The notes: generated by a model from the sequence alone, not told the origin. A DNA stretch of 64,000 bases from Rebecca billardiae RCC1528 (GCA_965240325.2 OZ251241.1:1240001-1304000), one strand, 5' to 3'; positions 10,882 through 23,330 are shown, numbered from the stretch's first letter. Program-made: numbers and translations.

Positions 10882-11871
10882 CTAGTCATCCACGTCCGCT
10901 GCCAGAGAAGTTAGCGAGCGCTGGCGCAGCAAGTCTGTGTGCTGGAGCCGGCCGTTGGCATCGAATGGCGGCTGCGCCTGCCCCTGAATGGTCACGTTGC
11001 GGTCGTCGTAGATCGCGACGATGCGAGGCTCGAGCTCGAGCGCGCCGCGGACGCCACCGAGGCAGCCGACACACTCCCATGCAAGCACGTGCTTGCCGTA
11101 GATGGCGGACGACATCGCAATGTCGATGAGGTGGAGCTGCCCGCCGCAGCGCACGCGCATGCGCCCGCCCTGGATGGAGTGCCCCATCACCATGCGCGCG
11201 GCGCCCAGCTCGTCGAGCGCCTGTCGTGCCAGCCCGCAAGCGTGCGGCTCCGACAGCTCGTGGTACCCGCGGTACCAGAGGGGGCCGTGCTCGCCGAGCA
11301 CGCTCGCGCGCTGCATGGCCCACGAAGAGCCGAGGGCGCGGGAGAGCTCCGCGTTGATGCCGTCGATGCCGACGGCGGCCCACTGCTTGTTGATGCCCGC
11401 GTGCACGAACACCGTGTCCCCGAGCTTGAGAGCCGCCGGCCGCGCGCGCAGCCACTGACCGAGCGCACCAGATGCGCTGAAGGCGCGCGCGCGCGCCGTC
11501 CTGCCGCCAAACAGCGTGTAGTCAGTCGCGTTCACGTACCGCAGGTCGCCGGCGAGGTTCATCGACTCGTGGTTGCCGAGGAGGTTGTGCACCTCGCCGC
11601 CTTGCTGCGGTGCCTCGGCCGCGAGCCGCTGGAAGAGCTCGTACAACAGCTTGCTCTCAGCGCCGCGGTCGACGAGGTCGCCCGTCTGCACCAGCACCGT
11701 GTCCCCGCCGCACCAGCTGCCAGACGCATCCACGAGCCCTCCGAGTCGAAGTGCGCGGTAGGCCGCGCCCAGATCGCCGTGCAAGTCGCCGATGGCGACC
11801 AGCCGACGCTCGTGCGTGACGAAGGCAGCAGCCAGGCCCACAACGAGGGCTCCAAGGGCGGCAGCTGCCAT
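10882..11871 (-). CDS. Shewanella-like protein phosphatase (calcineurin-like metallophosphoesterase) with signal peptide
   Basis: GDLHG, GDLVDRG, GNHE, FVHAG, GPLWYRGY, MVMGH and ID.AMS motifs; hydrophobic N-terminus. Confidence 0.92.
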   Translation of the reverse strand: MAAAALGALVVGLAAAFVTHERRLVAIGDLHGDLGAAYRALRLGGLVDASGSWCGGDTVLVQTGDLVDRGAESKLLYELFQRLAAEAPQQGGEVHNLLGNHESMNLAGDLRYVNATDYTLFGGRTARARAFSASGALGQWLRARPAALKLGDTVFVHAGINKQWAAVGIDGINAELSRALGSSWAMQRASVLGEHGPLWYRGYHELSEPHACGLARQALDELGAARMVMGHSIQGGRMRVRCGGQLHLIDIAMSSAIYGKHVLAWECVGCLGGVRGALELEPRIVAIYDDRNVTIQGQAQPPFDANGRLQHTDLLRQRSLTSLAADVDD

Positions 11872-11934
11872 GTCCCTGATCGGAGTAGGTCCTTGTCCAG
11901 GCGCTGAGTCGCTGAAGAAGAGTCACTACAAAAA

Positions 11935-13790
11935 GTCTCCGCCAGCGGAGCATCCGGGCAAGGGGCCCAGACCCTCCGCCGGCGGAGATTTTTGTGGCCA
12001 CGAAAAATCCCCGCTGGCGGAGCATGGAATGCTCCGCTGGCGGAGCCTGGGCTTGCAGGAATGACACAACAAACTACAGTAGTTATGGTACCAGAAGTCT
12101 GTCAACCGCACCGAACAGCAGTCACCTCCGCTGGCGGAGCTCGCTAATGAGCCATGCCTTTTGTAAACTTATACACTCGGCACTTGAACTGAGCTCCGCT
12201 GGCGGAGCTTCGGGGGCGCCAAATGCCATTCTTGATGACCCACCTGACTTGAACTGAGCTCCGCTGGCGGAGCGTCGGTGGTCAGCGTCGTGTGTCATAT
12301 CGGAGAAATAATGCTATAAGCCTTTCAACGCATTCATACTCTGCTGTGCCACACATTCAACCTCCGCTGGCGGAGCTCACTGGCCTATTCGACTTGAACT
12401 GAGCTCCACTGGTGGAGCCTCGGCTGCGCCGAATGTCCTTAATCGATGACCCACTCTCGACTTGAGCCGAGCTCCCCTGGCGGCGCTTTGGTGGCGCCGC
12501 ATGTCATATTGGAGTAAAGCGGAAGCGTCAACCGTAGTCATATCTATATTGAGACTCAACCTCCGCTGGCGGAGCTCGCGGACCTACTAGTATTCAACTT
12601 TAACTGAGCTCCGCTGGCGGAGCCTCGGCTGTGTCGAATGTCCTTATCGATGACCGACGTCTTGACTTGAGCTGAGCTCCGCTGGCGGAGCTTTGGTGGC
12701 GCAGCATGCCATTTATGGGAATAATGTGAAGCCGTTAACCATAATCATATCCATATTGACACTCAACCTCCGCTGGCGGAGCTCGCGGACCTACTAGTAT
12801 TCAACTTTAACTGAGCTCCGCTGGCGGAGCCTCGGCTGTGTCGAATGTCCTTATCGATGACCGACGTCTTGACTTGAGCTGAGCTCCGCTGGCGGAGCTT
12901 TGGTGGCGCAGCATGCCATTTATGGGAATAATGTGAAGCCGTTAACCATAATCATATCCATATTGACACTCAACCTCCGCTGGCCGAGCTCACGGACCTA
13001 TTCGACTTGAGCTGAGCTCCGCTGGCGGAGCTTTGGTGGCGCCGCATGTAGTCATATTGATGGAGTAATGCGAAGCCGTCAACCGTAATCATATCCATAT
13101 TGATACTCAACCTCCGCTGGCGGAGCTCACTGGCCTATTCGACTTGAACTGAGCTCCGCTGGCGGAGCCTCGCCCTCGGCTCCGCCGAATGTCCTTATCG
13201 ATGGCCCACGTCTTGAATTGAGCTGAGCTCCGCTGGCGGAGCTTTGGTGGCGCCGCATGTCATATTGGAGTAATGCAAAGCCGTTAACTACCGTAATCAT
13301 ATCCATATTGACACTCAACCTCCGCTGGCGGAGCTCGCGGGCCTATTCAACTTGAACTGAGCTCCGCTGGCGGAGCCTCGGCTGCGCCGAATGTCCTTAT
13401 CGATGGCCCACGACTTGACTTGAGCTTGAGCTCCGCTGGCGGAGCTTTGGTGGCGCCGCATGTCATATTGGAGTAATGCAACGCCGTTAACTACCGTAAT
13501 CATATCCATATTGACACTCAACCTCCGCTGGCGGAGCTCGCGGGCCTATTCAACTTGAACTGAGCTCCGCTGGCGGAGCCTCGGCTGCGCCGAATGTCTT
13601 TTTATCGATGGCCCACGACTTGACTTGAGCTGAGCTCCGCTGGCGGAGCTTTGGTGGCGCCGAATGTCATCATATTGGAGTAATGCGAAGTCGTTAACCG
13701 TAATACTATCCATATTGACACTCAACCTCCGCTGGCGGAGCTCGCGGACGTACGGTATTCAACTTGAACTGAGCTCCGCTGGCGGAGCCT
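11935..13790. repeat. Left subterminal array: GAGCTCCGC-TG-GCGGAGCTC palindromes in ~200-bp three-motif units
   Basis: Roughly 30 copies of the motif, including an exact 207-bp tandem duplication (12554/12761/12968). Confidence 0.9.
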
Positions 13791-14429
13791 CTGCTTGTGG
13801 TTTGCTGCAATTGGGGCTGGGCAGCCTGGGCTCAGCATGGGGCAGCTGTTCACAGCCCAGGCGGGGCGTCACCGCCTGTGGGCCGTCGGTGGGCAGGGCC
13901 GACGGCGTCGCAGAGCTCATGCGTGGGAGCAGCGCGTCGAGGAATAAGCGATCAAGGTCGAGAAGGAAGGGGCAAGCAGCAGGGGCTGCCTGTACGTTTG
14001 TACATGCCTCCACACCGGTGCACATCACCCTTGCTCACTGCAGTCGTGAACAGTGCTGCCACTCATCTCATCATCGCTCACCATGCAGTGACGGCCGAGC
14101 TGCGGCGAACTCTCACAGGCACCGAACACGCATCGGCTGTGCCCGCTGGTGCTGGCATGCGCTGTCCTCTACTTGCTGTCGGACAGCAAGGAGACGGCAC
14201 AGCCGCATCTGCGAGCGGGCGAGGTGATGCTGTCCAGTGTCCTCTGCTCAGCGAGGCTGAGAGGCTGAGCACGGATCACGGATAGTGAGCCCTGGTATCT
14301 CAACGCATCCAGGAGAGCAGTTGGTGCATGCCTGTGCTCAGACGTGCAGGACCAACCATCCGGTGCTGATTCAAGCACCCGCGCCAACAGCGGCGGCACT
14401 CAACTCCACGCTGCTGATGCGGCCGCACA

Positions 14430-17400
14430 GCTGCAGGGATGGTACCACGGCGGGCGACGGCGGGCGCTGCAGCTGGCAGCTCGGTGGTGCCTGCCCGAGG
14501 GGCCTGGGCGCCGGGCGCACCGAGCGCGATGACGCCTCTCGCATCGCCCAGCGCGCTGGAGCCGCTGTCATCCGACGCTGCTGTGCCCGCGCCCAGCTTG
14601 GGCTGCAGCAGCTGCGCTCGACTCCGCGCCGAGTGCGGCGGCAGCAGCGGGGATGGTACCACCGCGGGCTGCGGCAGGCGCTGCAGCTGGCAGCTCGGTG
14701 GTGCGCGCCCGAGGGGCCTGGGCGCTGGGCACAGCGAGCGCGGTGACGCTGCTCGCATCGCGCGCTGCGCTGCCCGCGCCCAGCTTGGGCTGCCGCAGCT
14801 GCACTGAACTCCTCGCCGAGTGCGGCGGCAGCAGCAGGGATGGTACCACGGCGGGCGGCGGCTATCACTTTGGCTGGCAGCTCGGTGGTGCCTGCTCGAG
14901 GGGCCTGGGCGGTGGGCGCACCGAGCGCGATGACGTTGCTCGCCTCGCCCAGCGCGCTGGAGCCGCTGCCATCCGGCGCTGCGGTGTCCGCGGCTCCGCG
15001 CCCCGCCTGGGCAGCTAGCTGTCACAGCTGGCAGCTGCGCTCGACTCTGCGCCAGTGGGAGGGATGATGCCTCGGCGGGTGGTGGCGGTCGATGCAGCTG
15101 GCAGCTCGGTGGTGCGCGCCCGAGGGGCGTGACCGGCCTAGGCAGCAGCAGCTGCGCTCGACTCCGCGCCGAGTGTGGCTGCAGCAGCAGGGAAGGCGCC
15201 GCTGGCGGCGGCGGAGGTGGATGCAGCGATCAGCTCGGTTGTGTGCGCGCGAGGGGCCTGGGCGGCAGACGCGCCCAATGCGGTGACGCCGATGCACGCG
15301 TCCGATATGCTGGCCAGCAGCAGCCGTTGTGACACTTCTTCCGCCGGCTGACGGCAGCAGGCGGTACCATCGGTCACATTGGTGAATTCGAATCGGGGAG
15401 AACCCGGCAGGCCTCAGCCCCGGACACTGCTGCCTGCCAATGACCTGTGAGGGCCGCAGGCCTTCCGGGGCACGGGAGCCGCTGCGGTCAGCTCATTGAG
15501 CTAGCCCGGCGCCGGGCGCGCGAACAAGTACGGCCCGGCGTCGGTGAGGCCGAGCAAGGCGCGCCGAAGTGCCGCGGCCCAGATCTCAGCGCACGCATCA
15601 TCAGTACTACGACATCACTGCGCCGCGGATATGCATCAGATAGCGACTGATGATGATGATGCGCCGCGCGCTCCCCGCTGACCGGAGCCCGACTACGAGT
15701 AGCAGGGGCGCATGATCTGAGCTGAGTACGTAAGTAGCCCGTGTCCTCCACTGGCGGTGTCACACGTATGTGACTCAGGAGTCGGAGGAGTCGTTATCGT
15801 CATATCGTCATCATCATGAAGATGCGCAATAAAACGGTCATCAGGCGGACCTGCGCTACCATACGCCGTCAATGTAATGCTGAGGGCGAGGCCGGCAGCG
15901 TAGTCGTAACTTACTACTACTACGTACAGAAAAAAGTATAGCGCCATCATAGTACGAGTAGCTGCGTGTGACTCGTCACCGCGTTCTCAAAACTCCTGCG
16001 CTGCTGATCGAGACTCGGACGTACGCCGTCTTAAGCCTATATACCGGCGTGCGGTCGCAAGTCAATTCACGCGGCCCCTGCGACTCAGCGGCTCACTCAC
16101 CTGGCTCATACGCAGCAACCGAGCAGTCACGGAGATCTGAGCAGCAGCTGTTAATTACCAGCCTGCTGCTGCTGCTGCCTGCGGCCGCACGCGGCGTGGA
16201 GTCGAGCGCAGAGTCCGCAGCTGCCCGAACGGTGCAGCAGCATCAAATGGCAGCGGCTCGAGCGTGATAGAGGAAGCGAGGGGCGTCAGCTCGCTCGGCG
16301 CGTCCGTCGCTCAGGTCCCTTGGGCAGGCACCGCCGAGCTACCAGCTGCAGCGACTGCCGCCGCTCGCCGTGGTACAATCCCTGCTGCTGCCGCCGCACG
16401 GGTGCGGAGTCGAGCGCACCTCGTGCTGCTCCGGCTGGGCGCGGACACCGCAGCGCCGGATGGCAGCGGCTCCAGCGCGCTGGGCGAGGCGAGCAACGTC
16501 ACCGCGCTCGATGCGTCCACCACCCAGGCCCCTCGGGCAGGCACCACCGAGCTGCCAGCCAAAGTGATAGCCGCCGCCCGCCGTGGCAACATCCCTGCTG
16601 CTGCCGCCGCACTCGGCGCGAAGTTGATTGAGCGGCCTGCTGCAGCCCAAGCTGGACGCGGGCGCAGCAGCGCCCGGTGGCAGCGGCTCCAGCGCGCTGG
16701 GCGAGGCGAGAGGCGTCACTGTGCTCGGTGCGTCCGTGACCCAGGCCCCTCGGGCCCGCTGCTGCTGCTGCCTGCGGCCGCACGCGGCGTGGAGTCGAGC
16801 GCAGACTGCGCAGAGTCTGCAGCTGCCCGAACGGTGCAGCAGCATCAAATGGCAGCGGCTCGAGCGTGATAGGGGAAGCGAGGGGCGTCAGCTCGCTCGA
16901 CGCGTCCGTCGCCCAGGTCCCTCGGGTAGGCACCGCCGAGCTACCAGCTGCAGCGACTGCCGCCGCTCGCGCCGTGGTACCATCCCTGCTGCTGCCGCCG
17001 CACGGGTGCGGAGTCGAACGCACCTCGTGCTGCTCCGGCTGGGCGCGGACACCGCACCGCTGGATGGCAGCGGCTCCAGCGCGCTGGGCGAGGCGAGCAA
17101 CGTCATCGCGCTCGGTGCATCCACCGCCCAGGCCCCTCGGGCAGGCACCACCGAGCTGCCAGCCAAAGTGATAGCCGCCGCCCGACGTGGCAACATCCCT
17201 GCTGCCACCGCACTCGGCGCGGAGTCGAGCGCAGCTGCTGCAGCCCACGCTCGACGCGGGCACAGCAGCGCCCGGTGGCAGCGGCTCCAGCGCGCTGGGC
17301 GAGGCGAGCAACGTCACCGCGCTCGCTGCGCCCAGCGCCTAGGCCCCTCGGGCGCGCACCACCGAGCTGCCAGCTGCAGCGCCTGCCGCAGCCCGCGGTG

Positions 17401-17630
17401 GCACCATCCCCGCTGCTGCCGCCGCACTCGGCGCGGAGTCGAGCGCAGCTGCTGCAGCCCAAGCTGGGCGCGGGCACAGCAGCGTCGGATGACAGCGGCT
17501 CCAGCGCGCTGGGCGATGCGAGAGGCGTCATCGCGCTCGGTGCGCCCGGCGCCCAGGCTCCTCGGGCAGGCACCACCGAGCTGCCAGCTGCAGCGCCCGC
17601 CGTCGCCCGCCGTGGTACCATCCCTGCAGC
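14430..17630. repeat. Internal ~190-bp GC-rich tandem repeat in opposite orientations (14430-15300 and 16160-17630)
   Basis: Recurrent cagcggctccagcgcgctgggcgaggcgag...gcaccaccgagctgccagc units around a unique core at ~15300-16150. Confidence 0.8.
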
Positions 17631-18269
17631 TGTGCGGCCGCATCAGCAGCGTGGAGTTGAGTGCCGCCGCTGTTGGCGCGGGTGCTTGAATCAGCACCGG
17701 ATGGTTGGTCCTGCACGTCTGAGCACAGGCATGCACCAACTGCTCTCCTGGATGCGTTGAGATACCAGGGCTCACTATCCGTGATCCGTGCTCAGCCTCT
17801 CAGCCTCGCTGAGCAGAGGACACTGGACAGCATCACCTCGCCCGCTCGCAGATGCGGCTGTGCCGTCTCCTTGCTGTCCGACAGCAAGTAGAGGACAGCG
17901 CATGCCAGCACCAGCGGGCACAGCCGATGCGTGTTCGGTGCCTGTGAGAGTTCGCCGCAGCTCGGCCGTCACTGCATGGTGAGCGATGATGAGATGAGTG
18001 GCAGCACTGTTCACGACTGCAGTGAGCAAGGGTGATGTGCACCGGTGTGGAGGCATGTACAAACGTACAGGCAGCCCCTGCTGCTTGCCCCTTCCTTCTC
18101 GACCTTGATCGCTTATTCCTCGACGCGCTGCTCCCACGCATGAGCTCTGCGACGCCGTCGGCCCTGCCCACCGACGGCCCACAGGCGGTGACGCCCCGCC
18201 TGGGCTGTGAACAGCTGCCCCATGCTGAGCCCAGGCTGCCCAGCCCCAATTGCAGCAAACCACAAGCAG

Positions 18270-20175
18270 AGGCTCCGCCAGCGGAGCTCAGTTCAAGTTG
18301 AATACCGTACGTCCGCGAGCTCCGCCAGCGGAGGTTGAGTGTCAATATGGATAGTATTACGGTTAACGACTTCGCATTACTCCAATATGATGACATTCGG
18401 CGCCACCAAAGCTCCGCCAGCGGAGCTCAGCTCAAGTCAAGTCGTGGGCCATCGATAAAGACATTCGGCGCAGCCGAGGCTCCGCCAGCGGAGCTCAGTT
18501 CAAGTTGAATAGGCCCGCGAGCTCCGCCAGCGGAGGTTGAGTGTCAATATGGATATGATTACGGTAGTTAACGGCGTTGCATTACTCCAATATGACATGC
18601 GGCGCCACCAAAGCTCCGCCAGCGGAGCTCAAGTCAAGTCGTGGGCCATCGATAAGGACATTCGGCGCAGCCGAGGCTCCGCCAGCGGAGCTCAGTTCAA
18701 GTTGAATAGGCCCGCGAGCTCCGCCAGCGGAGGTTGAGTGTCAATATGGATATGATTACGGTAGTTAACGGCTTTGCATTACTCCAATATGACATGCGGC
18801 GCCACCCGAAAGCTCCGCCAGCGGAGCTTAGCTCAAGTCAAGTGGGCCATCGATAAGGACATTCGGCGCAGTCGAGGCTCCGCCAGCGGAGCTCAGTTCA
18901 AGTTGAATAGGCCCGCGAGCTCCGCCAGCGGAGGTTGAGTGTCAATATGGATATGATTACGGTAGTTAACGGCTTTGCATTGCTCCAATATATGACACGT
19001 GGCACCACCAAAGCTCCGCCAGCGGAGCTCAGCTCAAGTCAAGACGCGGGCCATCATCGATAAGGACATTCGGCGCAGCCGAGGCTCCGCCAGCGGAGCT
19101 CAGTTCAAGTCGAATAGGTCAGCGAGCTCCGCCAGCGGAGGTTGAGTGCCAATATGGATATGATTGCTGTTGACGATTTCGCATTACTCCAATATGACAT
19201 GCGGCGCCACCAAAGCTCCGCCAGCGGAGCTCAGCTCAAGTCAAGACGTGGGCCATCGATAAGGACATTCGGCGCAGCCGAGGCTCCGCCAGCGGAGCTC
19301 AGTTCAAGTCGAATAGGTCCGTGAGCTCCGCCAGCGGAGGTTGAGTGTCAATATATATATGGATATGATTACGGTTAACGACTTCGCATCATTACTCCAA
19401 TATGACATGCGGCGCCACCAAAGCTCTGCCAGCGGAGCTCAGCTCATCAAGTCAAGATGTGGGCCATCGATAAGGACATTCGATCGACACAGCCGAGGCT
19501 CCGCCAGCGGAGCTCAGTTAAAGTTGAATACTAGTAGGTCCGCGAGCTCCGCCAGCGGAGGTTGAGTCTCAATATAGATATGACTACGGTTGACGCTTCC
19601 GCGTTACTCCAATATGACATGCGGCGCCACCAAAGCTCAGCCAGGGGAGCTCAGCTCAAGTCGAGAGTGGGTCATCGATTAAGGACATTCGGCGCAGCCG
19701 AGGCTCCACCAGTGGAGCTCAGTTCAAGTCGAATAGGCCAGTGAGCTCCGCCAGCGGAGGTTGAATGTGTGGCACAGCAGAGTATGAATGCGTTGAAAGG
19801 CTTAGCATTATTTCTCCAATATGACACACGGCGCTGACCACCGACGCTCCGCCAGCGGAGCTCAGTTCAAGTCAGGTGGGTCATCAAGAATGGCATTCGG
19901 CGCCCCCGAAGCTCCGCCAGCGGAGCTCAGTTCAAGTGCCGAGTGTATTAGTTTACAAAGGCATGGCTCATTCGCGAGCTCCACCAGCGGAGGTGACTGC
20001 TGTTCGGTGGTTGACAGACTTCTGGTAACTAGTTTGTTGTGTCAATCCTCCATCCTGCAAGCCCAGGCTCCGCCAGCGGAGCATTCCATGCTCCGCCAGC
20101 GGGGATTTTTCGTGGCCACAAAAATCTCCGCCGGCGGAGGGTCTGGGTCTTGCCCGATGCTCCGCTGGCGGGGAT
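18270..20175. repeat. Right subterminal array (inverse of the left)
   Basis: Units start at 18537, 18735, 18934, 19142, 19341 and 19562. Confidence 0.9.
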
Positions 20176-20373
20176 TTTTTGTAGTGACTGCCCTGCTGAA
20201 GAACTGCCTTGGGCTTGGAGAGTCCGGGAGTTCGTGCTGTTCGTGGATTTCCCGCTCGAGCACCGCAGAGCGTGCCGGACGCACGGGTGGATGCACAGCT
20301 CAGTGACGTGGTGTCCCGCGCTTCCGAGCCCAGGGCCAGGGCCGCCGTCCCGCGCGCGTGGTCGTCGTGCACG

Positions 20374-21090
20374 ATGCCGAAATCGAAGCGAGCACAGAAG
20401 GTAACGCTCGCGAAGACGAAGGCGAAGGGCTACGCGGGCAAGGAGAAGATCGTGGAGGAGGTCCGGTCCTGCGTCGACCGGTACAGCTCCGTGTACGTGT
20501 ACACAGCGCAGAACATGCGCAACGCGCTGCTCAAGGATGTGCGTGCGCAGTGGGCAGACAGCCGCTTCTTCTTCGGGCGGACAAAGCAGATCGCGGTCGC
20601 GCTCGGCAAATCGCCCGAGTCCGAGATCCGCGACGGGCTGTCCGGCATCAGCCGCGCCCTCCTCGGCCGCGAGGGCGGGCTGCTCTTCACGAATCGGCCG
20701 CGCGCCGAAGTCGAGGCCTTCTTCAAAAGCTACGAGCACCTGGACTACGCGCGCGCGGGATTCGTGGCGACGGAGACGCATCGGCTGCCCGCCGGTCCGC
20801 TGCACCAGTTCGCGCACTCGCTCGAGCCCTACCTGCGCAAGCTCGGCATGCCCACCACCCTTGACTGCGGCGTGGTGACGCTGCAGCGCGACTTCAACGT
20901 GTGCGAGGCCGGGCAGAAGCTGACGCCTGAGCAGGCCAAGCTGCTGCAGCTGCTCAAAATCCAGATGGCCGCGTTCAAGCTGCACCTGCGCGCGGCATGG
21001 GCGGACGGCGCGCTCGACACCGCATTCGCGCCGGTGCCCGAAGCAGGAGCAGACGAGGCGGCGGGTGCGTCGGGCTCCGATGACGAGTGA
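20374..21090 (+). CDS. MRT4: mRNA turnover protein 4 / 60S ribosome assembly factor
   Basis: MPKSKRAQKVTLAKT, NMRNALLKDVR, SRFFFG, DYARAG, LRKLGMPT, LTPEQAKLL. Confidence 0.96.
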   Translation: MPKSKRAQKVTLAKTKAKGYAGKEKIVEEVRSCVDRYSSVYVYTAQNMRNALLKDVRAQWADSRFFFGRTKQIAVALGKSPESEIRDGLSGISRALLGREGGLLFTNRPRAEVEAFFKSYEHLDYARAGFVATETHRLPAGPLHQFAHSLEPYLRKLGMPTTLDCGVVTLQRDFNVCEAGQKLTPEQAKLLQLLKIQMAAFKLHLRAAWADGALDTAFAPVPEAGADEAAGASGSDDE

Positions 21091-21618
21091 ACAATCGCCA
21101 TCGGAAGCGCGGCGTGCGCACGCCAACGTATGCAACACGGACATAATTTCGTCAGCGCGACTTTGGACACTCGCGGGCTCACTACTCAGGCACAAAGTGG
21201 CAGGCGTGATGTAGATAGTCGTAGTCGTGTCATCATCGTCAGCATGACGATGATGCACTAGTGTATATATATATGTGAGATCTATACATCGAAAAGGCCG
21301 TAGTTCACTTAGTGAAAGTCACTAGTCACTCTACTCTCTAGACTTAGAGTGCGCGCGACGCCGCTGAACGGACTACGGAGGCGGAGCCGGCTGAACCGCG
21401 CGTCTCCGTCACGGCCGATCCGAGCAGACCGAGTCGGGCACTGATCGTCGGATGAAGCGGCGAGATGACTCTGCCGCTCTGCGAGACTGCGACGCCCCGC
21501 AGCAGCCGCACCGTGCCGTCTCAGTCACTCTCAGTGTACGTGTACACACTACTCACTAGCAGACTGTGAGCAGGGGCCCAGGGGGCCGCAGGGGCGGCCG
21601 CCGAGCGATCTCAAACGC

Positions 21619-23330
21619 TCAGCGGCGCGCTTGCGCGTCAAAGAGACTCCTGCTCGTCGCCGAGGCGCCGCTGACCAGGTTGTTCCCGCCCCAACCGCCC
21701 GAGTTGTACGCAGCCGACCGCGGCGCCGAGTCGTGCTCGCCCGGCGAGTCTTGCACAATCTCGGGAAGGTTCTCGCAGTTGTGGTCTCCGAGCCTGTTCA
21801 GCTTGACGTAGCAGTCGGTGCCGTACCCCTCCATCGGCGTGAGGTGCAGCGTGCCGCCGAAGTATTTGGCGTACAGCCGGGAGAGGGGCAGGCCGAGGCC
21901 GTGCTGCGTGAGCGGCGCGGCGGCGCCGCCGACCGTCGGCGCCTCCTCCGCGTCGCCGATGGTCATCCACGCGCCCTTGTACGACCACACGTCCGCTAGC
22001 CGCGAGCGCGCGATGCCGCCGCCCTGGTCCTCCACCTTGACCGTGACGTCCTCGTCGCCGCGCGCGACGATGGCGCGCACGGGCGGCAGCGTCGACTCGC
22101 CCGCGTGTCTGCGCACCGTGGCCGCGCATGCCTGTGTCGGGCGTCGGGCGGAGCGGGGCGGGTGGCGGCGGTGAGTGCCGCCGCCGCGCGCGCGGGTCGG
22201 AGCGGAGCGAGCACGCCACGAGCGCGCGCCCTCCTCGGCGCGGGGCGCGCGCGGCCGCGCTCGGACGCACGTTCTTCATCAGCTCGGCGACGATGAAGTA
22301 GATGTGCGAGGGCACGTACGTGAAGGTGTGCGCGCGGTCGCCGATCACGTGGATCTCCGGGCAGGCGCCGTACTGCTTGCGCATCGCGTCGCCCATGCGC
22401 GCCGCCGCGGCCTCGCACACTTCCACCGGGGAGCACTGTGACTGGATGATGCCGCTGAAGCCCGGCCGAGGCTGCTTCGACGCGAGGTAGTGCTGGATGA
22501 GGAAGCGGTGGCCCACGCGCATCAGGAAGAAGGTGTCCAGCCGCTGCGAGCGCGCAACGCGGGCGCGGGCGCGAGGGCGGGCAGCGACGGCGTGGGCGCG
22601 AGGGCGGGCGCGGCGTCGCCCAGTCAGCCGGACGCGCCGCGGGGGAGGGGCGAGCCGGCGCGCGCGGCGCGCATGCGCCGCGGCGCACCTGGTCGACGAC
22701 GCGCTGCTGCTCGGGCGTGAACGGCTGCCGCTTGTTCAGCTCGTCCAGCGCCACGCCGATCTTGTGCGGGATCTCGACGGACGACGGCTTGGTCGCGTTC
22801 AGGATGCGCGCGAACGCCTCCTCGTCCGCAAACGTGCGCGGCTTGGGGCAGGTGAGCAGCAGCGCGGTGATTTGCCTGTACGTCGCCTCGGCGTCCTTGA
22901 TCGATGGGTGCTCCGCGATGCCGAACGGCAGCTCGCGCAGCTGCACCGCGCGGTGCGCGAACCGTATCCGCAGCTCGCGCCACAGGAACTGAGCGTTGAG
23001 CAACGACTGCTCGGGCGTCGGGTTGTCGCCCGACCTGAAGAGGTTGTTGAGCGAGACGGAGGTGGCGGACTGGCGCGCGAGCTCCTGCAGCTGCTGCTCG
23101 AAGTCGCCCGACGCCTCGAGCTCGGCGAGCGGCGGGGGCTTGGGCACCCCCGGCGCGTCGTCCACAACCGCTTTGGCAAACAGCCCTGGCGGCAGCTGCA
23201 GCCCCATGCACGAAGGCTCGGCCTGAAAGACGGACGAGCTGAGTGCGCGAGCGCGCAGCGACGGCAAGGCCGCCGCGGCGGGCAAGCCCACCACTGGCGG
23301 CGCAAGCCTGTGCACGGGGAAGCGCAGCAT
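21619..23330 (-). CDS. PDK: Mitochondrial pyruvate dehydrogenase kinase / BCKDK family, 3 exons
   Basis: ELRIRFAHR, FTYVPSHIYFIVAELMKN, EDQGGGI, GLGLPLSRLYAKYFGG, MEGYGTD. GT-AG introns at 22544-22688 and 22132-22270 join the frames. Confidence 0.92.

Larger units (their letters stand above)
11924..20186. mobile_element. Non-autonomous CACTA (En/Spm) fold-back element, 8.3 kb
   Basis: Termini CACTACAAAAA...TTTTTGTAGTG. Inverted arms of ~2.8 kb (ORFs mirror, e.g. 13664-14227 and 17833-18396). Extensive subterminal repeats. Flanks are AGT/ACT. No transposase. Confidence 0.88.

Noticed and set aside
12377-19744. Repeated 60-70-aa ORFs (MSVNMDMIT...)
   Set aside because: TTG-start translations of array units, with frameshifts between copies.
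11935-20175. CRISPR array
   Set aside because: Spacers recur in a three-unit cycle and are mirrored in the other arm; no cas genes; bounded by CACTA termini in a eukaryote.
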